A DNA stretch of 49,419 bases from Octopus sinensis. Lineage: Eukaryota. This document shows positions 23,960-37,710 of this stretch, in pieces (the stretch's first letter is position 1; each line of letters starts with the position of its first letter). The translations under genes and the position numbers were made by a program. The stretch spans positions 1 to 49,419 of the forward strand of contig NW_021834343.1 of NCBI RefSeq assembly GCF_006345805.1, written 5' to 3'. The notes below the pieces were generated by a model. The model saw only the letters and a program-made list of their open reading frames with translations. It did not search any database and had not been told where the DNA came from.

Positions 23960-24840
23960 TTCAACCACTCAGCAACAGTAATTAAACAAATTGTTAACAA
24001 AAATCGCAGGCGCGTCTACAATTCAACCGCCGACAAAGAGAGACACTTTCGAAAAAGCAACCCCAAACTAAACTGTTACATTAGAAAGGTCCAACTTTAA
24101 AAATAGTATATACTACATTAAACTAAATGTAAATAGACCAAGAAGACGCAGACAGAGAAAAATTGTATGGTTTAACCCACCTTATAGCATGAATGTCGCA
24201 ACTAACATAGCTAGGAAATTCTTAAAATTAATAGACAACTACTTTTTCCACATTCACACAAAGACCATAAGATCTTCAACAGGGATATTGCTAAAGTAAG
24301 TTATAGTTGCCTCTCCAAAATAGCGTCAATAATACTCAATCACAATAAATATAAACACCCCGGAAAGACCATACAACTGTAGATACTCAAACCACTGCCT
24401 TCTAAACTACAACTATCTTGAGAAAGGTCTTGTATAGATGGTCAAAATCACGGATTCCGATGGAGTAGCAAATATGTAAATCGGAATGATGGCCAACTCG
24501 TTCAAGGAAAAGTATACACAACACTTGACGTCATTCAGAACAGAAATTTTAAAAAAAAACATGCAACATCCCTGTCAGATATAATATGGACGTTGAAAGA
24601 AGGTAGAATAAGCAATCCCCAGATAGAACAGAAAATTATTGCTAAAGCCAAAAAATACAGAGGACGGAGTACCAAATGTGAACTCTGTATTACTGAAAAA
24701 GTAAACATTATACACTCAACAGATAACACCCTAAACATTAGAGATTAAATTTTCTCCCCCTGCATCCACAAGCAATATTTTGCACTTAAATACTTCATAG
24801 AGGAACCAACATCTGCAGTGCTAATCCCACCAGAATAGCC
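23960..24840 (+). mobile_element. Penelope-like element relic (RT C-terminal linker plus GIY-YIG endonuclease)
   Basis: [47 protein letters not shown], degenerate VY..(Y)IG, TSLSDIIWTLK and KCELCITEK. Frameshifted. Confidence 0.85.
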
Positions 24841-25287
24841 TGTTTCCTAACGCTAAATCTGAACACATATAGCACATAAACTCCACATGCAGAAAAAATA
24901 TACGCCAATGACGAACTACCTCAGCACACGAGTATAAGAACGCCACACCCAGAACAAAAACAAGATATTACAAACAAACTGACCACACAGCAGTTTGCCA
25001 AATCACAATTCCATGGAAGATAAACATTAAAAGGATGCCACTCAAGCGTAACGTCCCTTGATTCATTGTTTTATTTTCGAGAATCCCCGCGAACTAAACG
25101 AGACTCTGTTTTCCAAAATGGCAGCGAACACTTTTCTCCGTGTGGTTGGCTTAAAACATTGTTATGAAACTAGGATGTATTCTTACATTTCTTAACATGA
25201 AAATAAATGGTAGCCTTAATTCACAAATAAAGAAACTGTATCCACCAATGCAGTGTTGAGCACTCATTTTCATCGTTCGACATTTAC

Positions 25288-25321
<34 letters not shown>

Positions 25322-25577
25322 ACAATTCAATAAATAAAACATATGCATACATACATACATATATGTACATACCTACATCTATATGTATATATACAGGCAT
25401 ATATGAGTACAGGACACCACAAATAAACGTAAAACACAACGAGAAACGAAAACATAAAATCAAACAAGGAAACGGACTTTTTTAACAACGAAAAAACAGA
25501 GTACAAGACAAATAATACAAGGAACATTCCCCTTCTTCAGCTGCCCCTGTTTCGACTCAATGCGTGTTTCGTGCTAA

Positions 25578-25651
25578 AGGTAGTCCTACCCAATATTAAA
25601 ATAAATTTGTTTGAAATTTTAAGGTGTTTCCATTATTTTGTCCAACCCCTG
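25578..25651 (+). mobile_element. Solo right end of the Tc1 family at 33010-34257
   Basis: TGTTTCCATTATTTTGTCCAACCCCTG plus subterminal sequence matching 34185-34257. Confidence 0.85.
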
Positions 25652-25884
25652 TGTGCGTTTCTTTACGTGTTTATCGTTTCTTATCTGCTGCGCGTAAAAA
25701 GAAAAAAAAAACAGAGAATTGTGGGGAGAAAAAGAGGGTGGGAGAAACAATGCGAGAGAAACAGAGAAAAAGGTGTGAGAAAGAAAGAAATGAGAGAAGG
25801 AAGGAGAAAGAATTTCATATTTAAAAGACGTCACATACCGTGAAATGTAGAAACAGAAATCCAATTATCCAACTTCCGGTCGAA

Positions 25885-26440
25885 AACAAAGAGAAGAGAA
25901 GAAAGAGAGAAGGAAGGAAGAAAAGATAGATAAAAGGAATAGGGGGGAAAAAAGAAAGAACGGAAGTAAATAAAAACGTTGAAATAAAATTTGAGAGAAG
26001 TTGAAAGAAAAGAAGTAGAAAAGGATAAAAAATGAGAGAGAGAGAGAGTTAGTGAGAGTGAGAGAGAGAGCGAGAGAGAGAGAGGTGGAGAAGGAAGGAA
26101 GGGAGGAAGGAAGGAAAGAAGGAAGGAAGGAAGGAAGGAAGGAAGGATGGAAGGAAGGAAAGAAGGAATAATGAAAGAAGGAAATAAAGGAAAAGAAAGA
26201 AAAAGAAAGAAAAAAAGAAAGAAAGAGAGAAAGATAGGAAAGGGAAAGAAGAAAGGAAGAGAGAAAGAAAGGAAAGGGAAAGAAGGAAGGAAGAGAGGAA
26301 AGAAGGAAGGAAGGAAGGAAGGAGAAAGAAAGAAAGAATGAAAGAAAAGGGAAAGAAAAAGGGAAGGAAGGACAAAGAAAGAAAGAAGGAAAGAGAAAAA
26401 AAGAAAGAAAAAACGAAGGAAGGGAAAGGAATGGCGAAGG
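25885..26440. repeat. Polypurine (GAAA/GGAA/GA) low-complexity tract
   Basis: Seen directly in the sequence. Confidence 0.9.
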
Positions 26441-27699
26441 AAAATAAGAGACGCACTGGGGATTTGAGTTGGGTCGCATAAGGGTGGCGTGAAGGTATAG
26501 AGATTTTATTCGGGGCTCTTCGGAGGCACAAATCCGTAAACACCATCGAGATATTTGGCATCTCCGTTTTTATCTTCTGTCTTTCTTTCTATTTTTTTTT
26601 TTTTTTTTTTACGGGGTTGCTGTTTCCATTGTTAAGGGGACGTTTGTTGACTATTCCTTATTGAACACCCTGCCCTATCCAGCACACACGTGCAGACAAG
26701 TACGCACACATATTTATACATTAACACACCCTCTATTTTGTAGTACATCACCATCGGAACCATGGTCATTATCACACCGACATCATCATCAGCGTCATCA
26801 TCATGTTCAGCATTGCCATCATCATCATCATCATCATCATGCTCATCAAAGTCGCCGTCGTCATCATCATCATCATATTCATCATCGTCATTACCATCAT
26901 CATCATCATCATCATCATCATCACCATCAGCGTCATCATTGTCTTCGTAATCACAAACATGTTGACATCCTCATCATCAAAATCGTTGTCGTCGTCGTCA
27001 TCACCACCACCACCATCACCACCACCATAATTATCAACATACTCGCCAACACCATTATTGTGATGCGGGCGAATTCTGAAGAAGAATATCCTGTCCTCTC
27101 CTCGAATTTCGTTTTGAATAAAATAAAAAAACAGTAACAACCACACACACACACAGACGCAGAAACATGCGCGCGCACGCATATGCACACACACTCACAC
27201 ACACAAACATCCACACACGCACATACAAAGATGCATAGAAACACCGACATTATACGTAGATACCGAAACAGAAGCGCATACATATTTATAAGCATACACA
27301 TACTTACATATATACCTACACGCACGCAGACGCACACACGCACACACACACACAAACACTCACACACAAGCACAAGCACGCATGCACACGCACACACACA
27401 CACACACTCATACACACACACTCGCATACACACATACATAAAAGAGCGCAAAAGAAGAATACTGCAAACATCCGTACGAACGTCTTATCTAAACTTCAGA
27501 TAATATAAAAAAATTTCTTGTGAGAAAATTTAGATAGTTATATGTGTATTTCATATAAGCATATATATATGTGTGTGTGTGTGTGTGTGTATGTGTGTGT
27601 GTAAGTGCGTGTGTGTGTATGTGTGTGTGTGTGTGTGTGTGTGTTTATAGGCATATACATACATACATACATACATACATACATACATACATACATACA

Positions 27700-27975
27700 T
27701 ACGCTGAACTATTGAGAAATCTGCAGTACCTCTATCCGGATTACAAGTTCAGTAATTACAAGTACCTGTAATTAGTGGGGCCCTGGGATATGTAACATAC
27801 AGCCAAAATACCAATCTTGAGAAATTAGGTTTCTCAAAACCAGAATGGTGAAAGCTAAATCGGAGACTACAGATCCAATCCATCGCTGGAACTGTAAAAA
27901 TCTGTAAAACTTACGAGAAGTTTAGCATTTATATATGCATGAGCATGGCTAGACATGCAACCATATGCATGAAAA
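27700..27975 (+). mobile_element. 3' fragment of an R4/Dong-like RLE retrotransposon
   Basis: YAELLRNLQYLYPDYKF..PVISGALGYVT..NTNLEKLGFSK..RLQIQSIAGTVKICKT. Flanked on both sides by (TACA)n. Confidence 0.75.
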
Positions 27976-28291
27976 TACATACATACATGCATACATACAT
28001 ACAAACATACATACATACATGCATACATACATACATACATACATACAAACAAACATACATACAAACATACAAACATACAAGTATACATACAAACATACAT
28101 ACATACATACATACATACATACAAACATACAAGCATACATACAAACATACAAACATACAAGTATACATACGTACATACAAACATACAAGTATACATACAA
28201 ACATACATACATACATACATACATACATACATACGTACGTACGTACATACATACATACATACATACATACATACATACATACATACATACA

Positions 28292-28323
<32 letters not shown>

Positions 28324-28930
28324 CGTACATACATACAAGCATACATACAAACATACAAACATACAAGTATACATACATACATGCATACATACATACATAC
28401 AAACAAACATACATACAAACATACAAACATACAACATACATACATACATACATACATACATACATACATACGTACATACATACATACATACATACATACA
28501 TACATACATACATACATACATACATACATACATACATACATACAACATACATACAAACATACATACATACATGCATACATACATACATACATGCATACAT
28601 ACAACATACAAACATACAAGTATACATACATACATGCATACATACATACATACATACATCATACATACATACATACAAACATACAACATACATACATACA
28701 TACATACATACATACATACATACATACATACATACATACATACATACAAACAAACATACATACAACATACAAACATACATACTACATACATACATACAAC
28801 ATATATACATACGTACATACATACATACATACATACATACATACATACATACATACATACATACATACATACATACATACATACATACATACATACATAC
28901 ATACATACATACATACGTACGTACATACAA
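27976..28930. repeat. About 950-bp (TACA)n microsatellite with TACAAA/TGCA/TACG variants
   Basis: Seen directly in the sequence. Confidence 0.95.
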
Positions 28931-29152
28931 AGTCAGGAGATATGGGAGATGAATATACGCACTTCACGAGTTGATATCCGTAGGATGACAGCCTTTTTGG
29001 AATAATACTATGTGATATGTAGGCGTATGCACTAGCGGAGCTTTTTTGAAATTACCACCGGATTTTGTGAATCCATACATTACACATTAAATATAGACAG
29101 ACATATATACTTACATACAGGTATCTCTCTTCGTCTTTCTCTCTCTCTCTCT

Positions 29153-29187
<35 letters not shown>

Positions 29188-29223
29188 GCTCTTTCTCCTC
29201 TTTATATCCATATAATATATCCA

Positions 29224-29354
29224 TATATATGAGACGAAAATGTATGTAAATAAGAAGGAGAAACCCGTCGTTTTCGATGGTATGTCTTTAATTTAATTAA
29301 CCAACGAAAACGACGAGCTTCTTGTTATTTACATCCATTTTCATTTCGTATATA
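29224..29354. repeat. About 130-bp palindrome (tiny MITE-like hairpin) at TA
   Basis: TATATATGAGACGAAAATGTATGTAAATAAGAAG..CGTCGTTTTCG pairs with CGAAAACGACG..CTTGTTATTTACATCCATTTTCATTTCGTATATA. Confidence 0.8.
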
Positions 29355-29494
29355 CCCTAAACTACGGTCTACGTACTGAACCCCCTGCTACCGTACAACT
29401 TTACAAAGGACTGTACCTATTCAGGTAAAAACCAGGAGCGCCTTTGGATTTAATTATCCCTTGGAGGTTTTAAAGTCCTCTAACTGATACCTTA

Positions 29495-29528
<34 letters not shown>

Positions 29529-29794
29529 ACAGATAGATAGAAAGATAGATAGATAGGTAAGCATACATAACATACATACATAAATACATACATACATATA
29601 TACATACATACGTACATACATACATACATACATACATGCATGCATGCATGCATGCATGCATACATACATACATACATACATACATACGTATACTACTTGC
29701 CAAATTCTAAATCTGTCTCACTCTATGTGTGTGTGTGCGTGTGCGCGTGCGTGTGATAGACAGATAGTTAGATATAGATAACTAAATAGATGGG

Positions 29795-29847
<53 letters not shown>

Positions 29848-30258
29848 GATAGATAGACGGATAGACAGACAAACAGATATGTACGTATGTATGCATGTAT
29901 TACTTTAATTTTCTTTTCGTGGTATTCTCCCTTTTTTTCCACCTATATTGACGATAGTATTTTAAGGAGGAAATATCGATTCTTCATTTAGATTGTCGTT
30001 ATTTTCATATGGCACTGGTGATGTCTATTTTGACTCACTCTATATTTCTTGAACTTTTAAGCACCACCTTTCGAAGTACGCTTTCCGTAAGCCCCACACC
30101 ACCCTTACCCCTGCCTTCTCATTTTTAGCTTTAAGCTGAATTGTGCGGTTTTTCATATTGATATTATGCAAATTAATAGCACCAGTTCTCTAGAGATATT
30201 AGATTCAATGTATATATAAACGGATTGGATATTTGCTTCTCTGGAACTGATCAAGTGA

Positions 30259-30312
30259 TGATGGCATCCCTGATGAAGCCCCAGTAAGGCACGAAAATCG
30301 ATTATGTTGTCA
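30259..30312 (+). ncRNA. Type I hammerhead-like motif (UUA site)
   Basis: tgatggca-tcc-CTGATGA(30270-30276)-aGCCccagtaaGGCac-GAAA-ATCGAT-TA-tgttgtca. Palindromic stem III and a wobble-rich stem I. Confidence 0.6.
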
Positions 30313-30379
30313 AGCCATCGTTTTATTCTCTCCATAGAGGAAACAGATTCATACCAGACAAAATTATATTACCGTATTT

Positions 30380-30579
30380 ACTCTTTTACTTGTTTCAGTC
30401 ATTTGACTGCGGCCATGCTGGAGCACCGCCTTTAGTTGAGCAAATCGACCCCGGGACTTATTCTTTGTAAGCCCAGTACTCATTCTATCGGTCCCTTTTG
30501 CCGAACCGCTAAGTAACGGGGACGTAAACACACCAGCATCGGTTGTCAAGCAATGCTAGGGGGACAAACAGACACACAG

Positions 30580-30678
<99 letters not shown>

Positions 30679-30898
30679 TATGTGTGTGTGTGTCTGTGTG
30701 TATATATATATATATATATAATATATATATACATATATACGACAGGCTTCTTTCAGTTTCCGTCTACCAAATCCACTCACAAGGCATTGGTCGGCCCGGG
30801 GCTATAGCAGAAGACACTTGCCCAAGATGCCACGCAGTGGGACTCAACCCGGAACCATGTGGTTGGTTAGCAAGCTACTTACCACACACCCACTCCTG
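30380..30898 (-). mobile_element. SINE family A, full length
   Basis: Well-conserved copy with internal TA/CA microsatellite and ...GACTGAAACAAGTAAAAGAG tail. Confidence 0.9.
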
Positions 30899-31954
30899 GT
30901 TATGATTTATTTACATTCCGTTTTCAAATTCCGCCGAGGTCAGTTTTGTCCTATGAATTTAATTGATTGTTTCATACCTTCAGATTAACAGCTTTTTGCT
31001 AAATTATTATTTCTGCTATCATTATCTTCCATAGGATGTTGCTTTAATGAGCGTTTCCATATCTCATTCCGATACGCCCTTGGCCACATCACCTGACGTC
31101 ATAGAGCGTTTCTTGTCTTTCAACATCAGACATCTTCTCTCAGGTGACCCAACAAGAGTTGATTAAGCCTAGCATGTGTCCAATTAGCACTAACCCTGGT
31201 GGCACTGCTCGTCCCAGCGTCTCTCCTCGTGGACAACATTCCCCCCCCCCCCCTCCTTGGGTAACCTCTACTGCTTCATCCAACACGGCGCTCTTCTCCC
31301 TACTGGTCTCTGTGATACCTGAATAATTGTATTGCGTTACTTAGTTACATCCCTTTAAATTTTAAATTCAACTCTCACCGACATCGTATATTTTCATGGT
31401 TCCAGGGTCGAAAAAATAAATACCAGCAAAACACTGATGTCAATATTATTGAATATACTACTAAAACATTATTATTACTTTTTTTTTCTTTTAGTTATCT
31501 ATTATATTTGTCTGTTTCTTCATTTTCTTTGCTGTGTTTCCTGTTTTCCTACATATTTCCTCTTTTTTTTTTACCATATATCACGTCTATTTTTGCTTTT
31601 GATTTCTATTTATATTACAAAACAGAGGAAAAAAAATTATGAAATAATGTTTTGAAGGTTAAAAACGGAAATACTATTAGGCTATTGTCAATACACAAAA
31701 ACAACTATACAAGTGTGACGATGTGTGTATATGTCTGTCTCACACTCACTCTCTTCCTCTCTTTCTCTCTCTCTCTCTCTCGCTCCCTCTCACACACTCT
31801 CTTTTCCTCTCTCTCTTTCTCTCACACACACTCTGTCGCTGCCTGTCTGTCTCTTGCAATCTCTCCGTTTATGTATATATATATGTGCGTGTGTGTGTGT
31901 GTGCGTGTATACCTACACATATTTATATATATATATATATATATACAATTATAT

Positions 31955-31989
<35 letters not shown>

Positions 31990-32116
31990 AGCGAGTGTGT
32001 ATGAGTGTGTGTGTATGCATATATACATACAACATTTGTGTGCCTACGTATATTGATCTCTCCCCTCACTGTATCCGTCTCTCTCCCTCTCTATATATGC
32101 GCGTATATTTATATAA

Positions 32117-32181
<65 letters not shown>

Positions 32182-32876
32182 TATATCAGGTGCGTTCTAA
32201 TGAGGGGGTTCTCAACGTGATCAGTAAGCAAGCTCGCGATAGACGCCAAATGAAGCTCAAACGCCATTTTACCCTCTAATAATTTATTCTATTATAAGCA
32301 GAAAAACCTGAAATTTTGTAGGGGTGGGGGACCTAGTCGATTACATGAACCACAGTATTCACACGGACTTATTATTTAATAAACCCCAAAAGGAAAAGCA
32401 AAGTCGAGCTCAGTGGAATTTGAACTCAGAACGTAAAGCCGAAATATATGCCACTAAACATATTGTCCGTCGTAGTAAACATTCTACCGACTCTCCGCCT
32501 TACCATTATTTCATCAATTTGATCATGGCTGAAGAGGTCTTTTCTCGTAACACTATCTGCTTTATTAGGTGTTACCTAGGGCTAAACAATAACACCAACA
32601 ACAGCAGCCGTTCAAGAATTTGGACCTGGAGATCATCCATTTCCAGCGATTTCGAGGGGCACCTTCCCAGTTGGTGTCGGGCGTTAACGAAGAGCCCTCG
32701 ACTACAACAAGATGACCAAAGTTTGTTTTTTCCAAGATCTGGGGTCTCCCGCCCCTAAACCCTAGACCATCACCTAATCACCCTCACCCATATTGTTGCT
32801 TAACAACAACAACAACAACAACAGCAACAACAGCAGACGCAGTAGCAGAAGCAGCAGCAGGAAGCGGAGCACCAAC

Positions 32877-32913
<37 letters not shown>

Positions 32914-32970
32914 ATAGTAGTAGTAGTAGTAGTAGTAGTACATTTGCATGTCTCATATATATAATATACA

Positions 32971-33009
<39 letters not shown>

Positions 33010-33012
<3 letters not shown>

Positions 33013-34257
33013 GTGTTGGACAAAATAATGGAAACACATAGCATCATAGAATCATCATTTTGAGATATCTATAAAACCGTCGAAAGTTTGTTTATTTTCA
33101 TGTTTTTTTTAATTCATTATTAGTGTTGCTTAATATGTTTTGCTAAAATTGCTGTTTCTTTTCAGATATCATCAGAAAAAGGTAATTAAAATTCATTAAG
33201 ATTACGGACCTATCGAACTTTCAAAGAGGTCAAATTGTTGGTGCTCGTATGGCAGGCGCTAGCGTAACAAAAACAGTCGAAATGTTTAGTGTAACAAGAA
33301 GTACTGTCTCAAAAGTAATGACAGCCTATGAGAAAGAGAGAAAAACCTCCTCGTCGAAACAACCAAAACTTTCAGATACGGACCGTCGGACTCTCACACC
33401 AATTGTTAGAAAGCATCACAAAAGTACAGCTCCCAAAATTACTGCAGAGCTTATTGACCACCTCGAGAACCCAGTTTCCACAAAATCTGTTCACCGGGAG
33501 CTGCACAAAGTTTGATTTCACGGGAGGGCTGCTGCAATCAGAAAACCACCACTTTCAAAAACAAGCGTTGCAAGCGTTTAGAGTGGAGTAAAAACCTACA
33601 GAATTGGTCCCTAAAGCAGTGGAAGAATGTTATTTTCTCAAACTAGTCATTCTTTACCATGTTTCTGACCACCGGCCGAGTATACGTGTGAAAGCATCCA
33701 AAAGAAGCATTTGACCCAGACTGCCTTCTTCCAACTATTAAACATGGAGGAAGACATGTGATGATCTAGGAGGCGATATCTTGGAAATCCGCCGGTCCAA
33801 TGGTTTCCCTTCATGGCAGAATTAATAGTCAAGACTAAGCATTTTATCTGATTAAATTCAACCTATGTTTGCGGAACTGTTTCCGGAGGGAAACGCAATC
33901 TTTCAGGATGATAATGCACCAATTCACACAGGTAAAGGTGTTACTGAATGGCACGAGGAACATTCTAGTGAAGTTAAACATCTTATCTGGCCACCACAGT
34001 CCCAAGATCTCAATATTACTGAACATTTATGGTGCATTTTAGAAAAACAAGTAAGGAGTTGATATCCTCCACAATAATCACTACAAGAACTGAAGGCTGT
34101 TTTAGCTGAAACATGGACAAAAATTCCTTTTGAAACAATTCAAAGTCCTTATCTCGTAGTATTCAAGCTGTAATTACTGCCAAGGGCGGTCCTACCCCTT
34201 ATTAAAATAAATATGTTTGAAATTTTAAGATATTTCCATTATTTTGTCCAACCCCTG
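33010..34257 (+). mobile_element. Tc1-family (DD34E-type) DNA transposon, full length but defective
   Basis: TA|CAGGTGTTGGACAAAATAATGGAAA...TTTCCATTATTTTGTCCAACCCCTG|TA. HTH start DLSNFQRGQIVGARMAGAS, then FQDDNAPIH and WPPQSQDLNITEHLW. Several stops and frameshifts. Confidence 0.95.
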
Positions 34258-34274
34258 TATCTATTATATATATG

Positions 34275-35508
34275 GGCATTCCATAATTGCTCGGTTGTCT
34301 TAGGATTTCTGGCTTTCGAACGTTCTCCTAGAATATTCCACACATTTTCAATAGGATTGAGATCTGGGCTTTGAGCAGGCCAATCCATAACAATAACCTT
34401 TTCAGCCTTGAGGAAGTTCATGACCACTTTAGCCTTGTGACATGGGGCATTGTCCTGCATGTATATGGGTGGTCGCTAAGTTGAATTTCTCAGCACAGGC
34501 AAGACATGATCTTTTACAAGTTGTTTATAAACTCCTGCATTTTACTTTCCATGTAATCGCACCAAAGGGCCCACACCATCTCCAGATATCATTCCCCAAA
34601 CCATGACACTTCCTCCACCGAATTTAACACTAATCTTAAGGCATTTACTCGACAATTTTTCACCTACTTTTCGACGAACGTACCTTTTTCCATCTGAGCC
34701 AAATAACATAAACTTAGATTCATTACTGAAATGCACCGTTTGCCATTTTTCTTGACACCACAACACATGTTCGGTTGCAAAGGTAAGACGACACTTTTTA
34801 TTGTTGGAGCTGATCAGTGGCTTCACTGCAGGTGCTCTTGCTTGTAGGTCATGTTCAACTAAACGACGAGACACAGTTTTTCGAGATAAAGTTTTCTTCA
34901 GTACAATGCTCATTTCCCGAGAAACAGCAGCAGCAGTTTTAAATCTGTCCTTTTTAACCAACTTTACCATAGCACGATCTTCTCTCTTGGTCGTTTTTCT
35001 CGGCCTACCTGTAGACTTCCTTGCTTCACACGAACTACAATCATCGTAGACCTTAAGAATACCGTGAGCAACACTTTTTGACTTGTTAACAATCTTTGCA
35101 ATAGACCCAATACTTAAATTCTTCTTCTTTCGAAGCTTAATAATCTGCTGACAAATTGGTAACGGAGTAAGTGGCATTATATTAACAAAGTACACTGCAG
35201 ATATTCATACTAATGTTTAGTAAACGAACCATCATGTAAACAAATTCAAAACATTAGAGTTCGCCGGTTAAATATACTAAAACACGGAGTAAAAGCAACC
35301 GTTCTGATCATTTTGGCCGGCATGGGTTTTGCAGTAAATCACTAAATCATCCATAACTTTTGTATTATGCACTCAAATTACACAAGAATCTCAGACAATA
35401 ACAAATAATATCGTATTTATTGTCTGTGAAAATTATAGAATATAAAACAACTTTGATAAAAAATTGTACCTACTTTTCTGACGAAAACAATACCGTTCTT
35501 AACATTTA
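34275..35508 (-). mobile_element. Second Tc1-family transposon (defective, ends truncated)
   Basis: ORFs 34542-35195 (GRPRKT, VHFS(N)ESKF, GGGSVMVWG) and 34239-34460 (QDNAPCH, WPAQSPDLNPIENVW). ACCGTTCT direct repeats at about 35299 and 35492 suggest an IR/DR-type end. Confidence 0.9.
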
Positions 35509-35510
35509 TA

Positions 35511-36398
35511 TGAGTGATCAATAAGTATCCTTTCTGTTGCCATAGTAACGTAGTAACAGCATGCAGAATGAAGTCGCGTGGCAAAAATTGACCTTGAACA
35601 CTGTTGTCTATGTGCTCTAACTTTTAACATTATAGCTTACTTTCACTGTTTACAGCAGTGCTTGTAAGGAACGTGTGTAGCATGTGATCGTCGCATTGAC
35701 CATGACAGGAAAAGTTGTCATTTCTTTACCTGCTCAGAAGCCTACGCTAAGTTGCAGAAAGTGTATGGAGAGGACTGTATGAGCTGCATTCAATTGTCCG
35801 AGTGTTTCAAACGTTTTCAAGATGGCCAGAGAAATGTCAATATTGACGAACGTTCTGGGAGACCTGCAACCAGCAAATCTGAGAAAAAACTTCGCAGATG
35901 TGCAAGCAGCTGTGAGGGGAAATTGTTGAATCACCATCCGTGAGTTATCAGAGGATGTGCGGATTAGTTACGGTTCAGTTCAGTCCATTATCACTGAAGG
36001 TTTGGGTAGGAGATGCGTGTCTGCGAACTTTGTACCAAAACTGCTTTCAGCTGACCAAGGAGACACACGGGTTTCAGTTGCACAAGATCTCCTTGGCTGT
36101 GTCAAAAACGATGAAAACTTTGAAAATTTTGTCTAAGCCTCTGAGCAGGTATCACCAAGCTTTTCGTAAAATTTGATGCAAATTCTTTGCCCATCTTTCT
36201 CTGTCATGGTCAATGCAACGATCACACCTTACACACCTTCCTTCCAAGCACTGCTATAAACAGGGGAACTGGGCTAGAACGTTAAAACTTAGTGTGCATG
36301 CATAGCAGAGTTCAAGCTCAATCTTTGCCAAGCAGCTTCACTTTGCGTGCTTTAGCTCCGTTTCTATGGCAACAATCCGGATACTTATCGATCAGACT
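35511..36398 (+). mobile_element. Non-autonomous mariner derivative with long inverted 5'-end duplication
   Basis: About 35511-35745 is the reverse complement of about 36134-36398 (TGATCAATAAGTATCC..TGTTGCCATAG). The middle encodes a degenerate HTH (DERSGRP) and SANFVPKLL. Confidence 0.8.
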
Positions 36399-36691
36399 AC
36401 TTATGTACAAGCTAGCTGGTTTGTTATGTTGCGCTGATAAAACATTTGCAGAATCGATTTGCTTCTTGCAAGGTGTTGCATGAACACGACTAACGACAAG
36501 TAATCAACGAAGTTTATTAGTTCTTCTCAAATGTGAAACTTTGTTTAACTTCAATCTTTAGTTATTCCGAAAACATGCAAACTTAAACCACAATATATAT
36601 ATATATATAATCATGAAACTAACTCACACAACCTAAAATTATTGGCATTGTGTCAAAGTTTGAAACCAATCTTATTATAATTATCTTAGTA

Positions 36692-37087
36692 CACTGCTTC
36701 TCACCTGGTCTCCATATGGCCCCTGAGGGTCTATACAAGATTTTGGAGGGTCCACACAGCAAAATAGTAAATCGGGGATCTACAATAGTATTTTAAGAAC
36801 CCCTGAAAATATTCTACTTTAGATGTATTTTTTGTATGTATTGCAAGAAACAGCCAGGTTACTTTCTCTAAATTTTTTCACTATTCATCCTACATAAGTT
36901 AATGTATGTAAAGCAAAATAGGAATTTTGAAAGAAGTAGTTATAAGGCGGTGCTCCAGCATAGCCGCAGTCAAACGACTGAAACAAGTAAAAGAATAAAA
37001 GTATAAACATCGAATGGCTCTGTGGGTTCACCAGAATAAAATAGTAATCAAAGGGGTCTATTGGTAAAAACTGCTTGAGAACCCCTG
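36692..37087. mobile_element. hAT-type MITE containing a SINE A tail fragment
   Basis: Ends CACTGCTTCTCA / TGAGAACCCCTG. 8-bp TSD TCTTAGTA/TCTTAATA at 36684-36691 and 37088-37095. Confidence 0.7.
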
Positions 37088-37274
37088 TCTTAATACAATG
37101 TATCGTAATATTATTATAATCCTGATGGTTGATTTTGCCTTTCATCCTTTCGGGGTCGATACACTAAGTACCAGTTCAGTACTGGGGTCGATGCAATTGA
37201 CTAACCCCTTTCCACGAAATTGCTGGCCTTGTGCCAAAATTTGAAACCAGTGTTATTATAATCATGTTTCTTTA

Positions 37275-37710
37275 AGGCGGCGAGCTGGCAGAATCGTTAG
37301 CACGCCGGGCGAAATGCTTTGCGGCATTTCGTTCGACCTTTACGTTCCGAGTTCAAATTCTGCCGAGATCGACTTTGCCTTTCATCCTTTCGGGGTCGAT
37401 AAATTAAATACCAGTTGCGCACTGGGGTCGATGTAATCGACTTAATCCCTTTGTCTGTCCCTGTTTGTCCTCTCTGTGTTTAGACCCTTGTGGGCTTTAA
37501 AAGAAATAAGAATCGTTAGTGCGCCGGGCGAAATGCTTTGCAGCATTTCGTTCGACCTTACGTTCTGAGTTCAAATTCCACCGAGATCGACTTTGCCTTT
37601 CATGCTTTCGAGGTCGATGAAATAAATACCAGTTGCGTACTAGGGTCGATCTAATTGACTGGACCCCTTCCCCTAAAATTTCAGGCCTTGTGCCTATATT
37701 TGAAAGGATT
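37275..37710 (+). mobile_element. SINE family B, dimeric copy (with a fragment upstream at about 37130-37250)
   Basis: Head and core as above. The second unit restarts at AGAATCGTTAG after the AAGAAATA tail. Confidence 0.85.

Noticed and set aside
26661-27194. His-rich and Ser-rich ORFs
   Set aside because: (CAT)n microsatellite; no domain or splice evidence.
27867-29005. ORFs of 260-346 aa (MYVC/HTYI)
   Set aside because: Pure tetranucleotide microsatellite with no stop codons.
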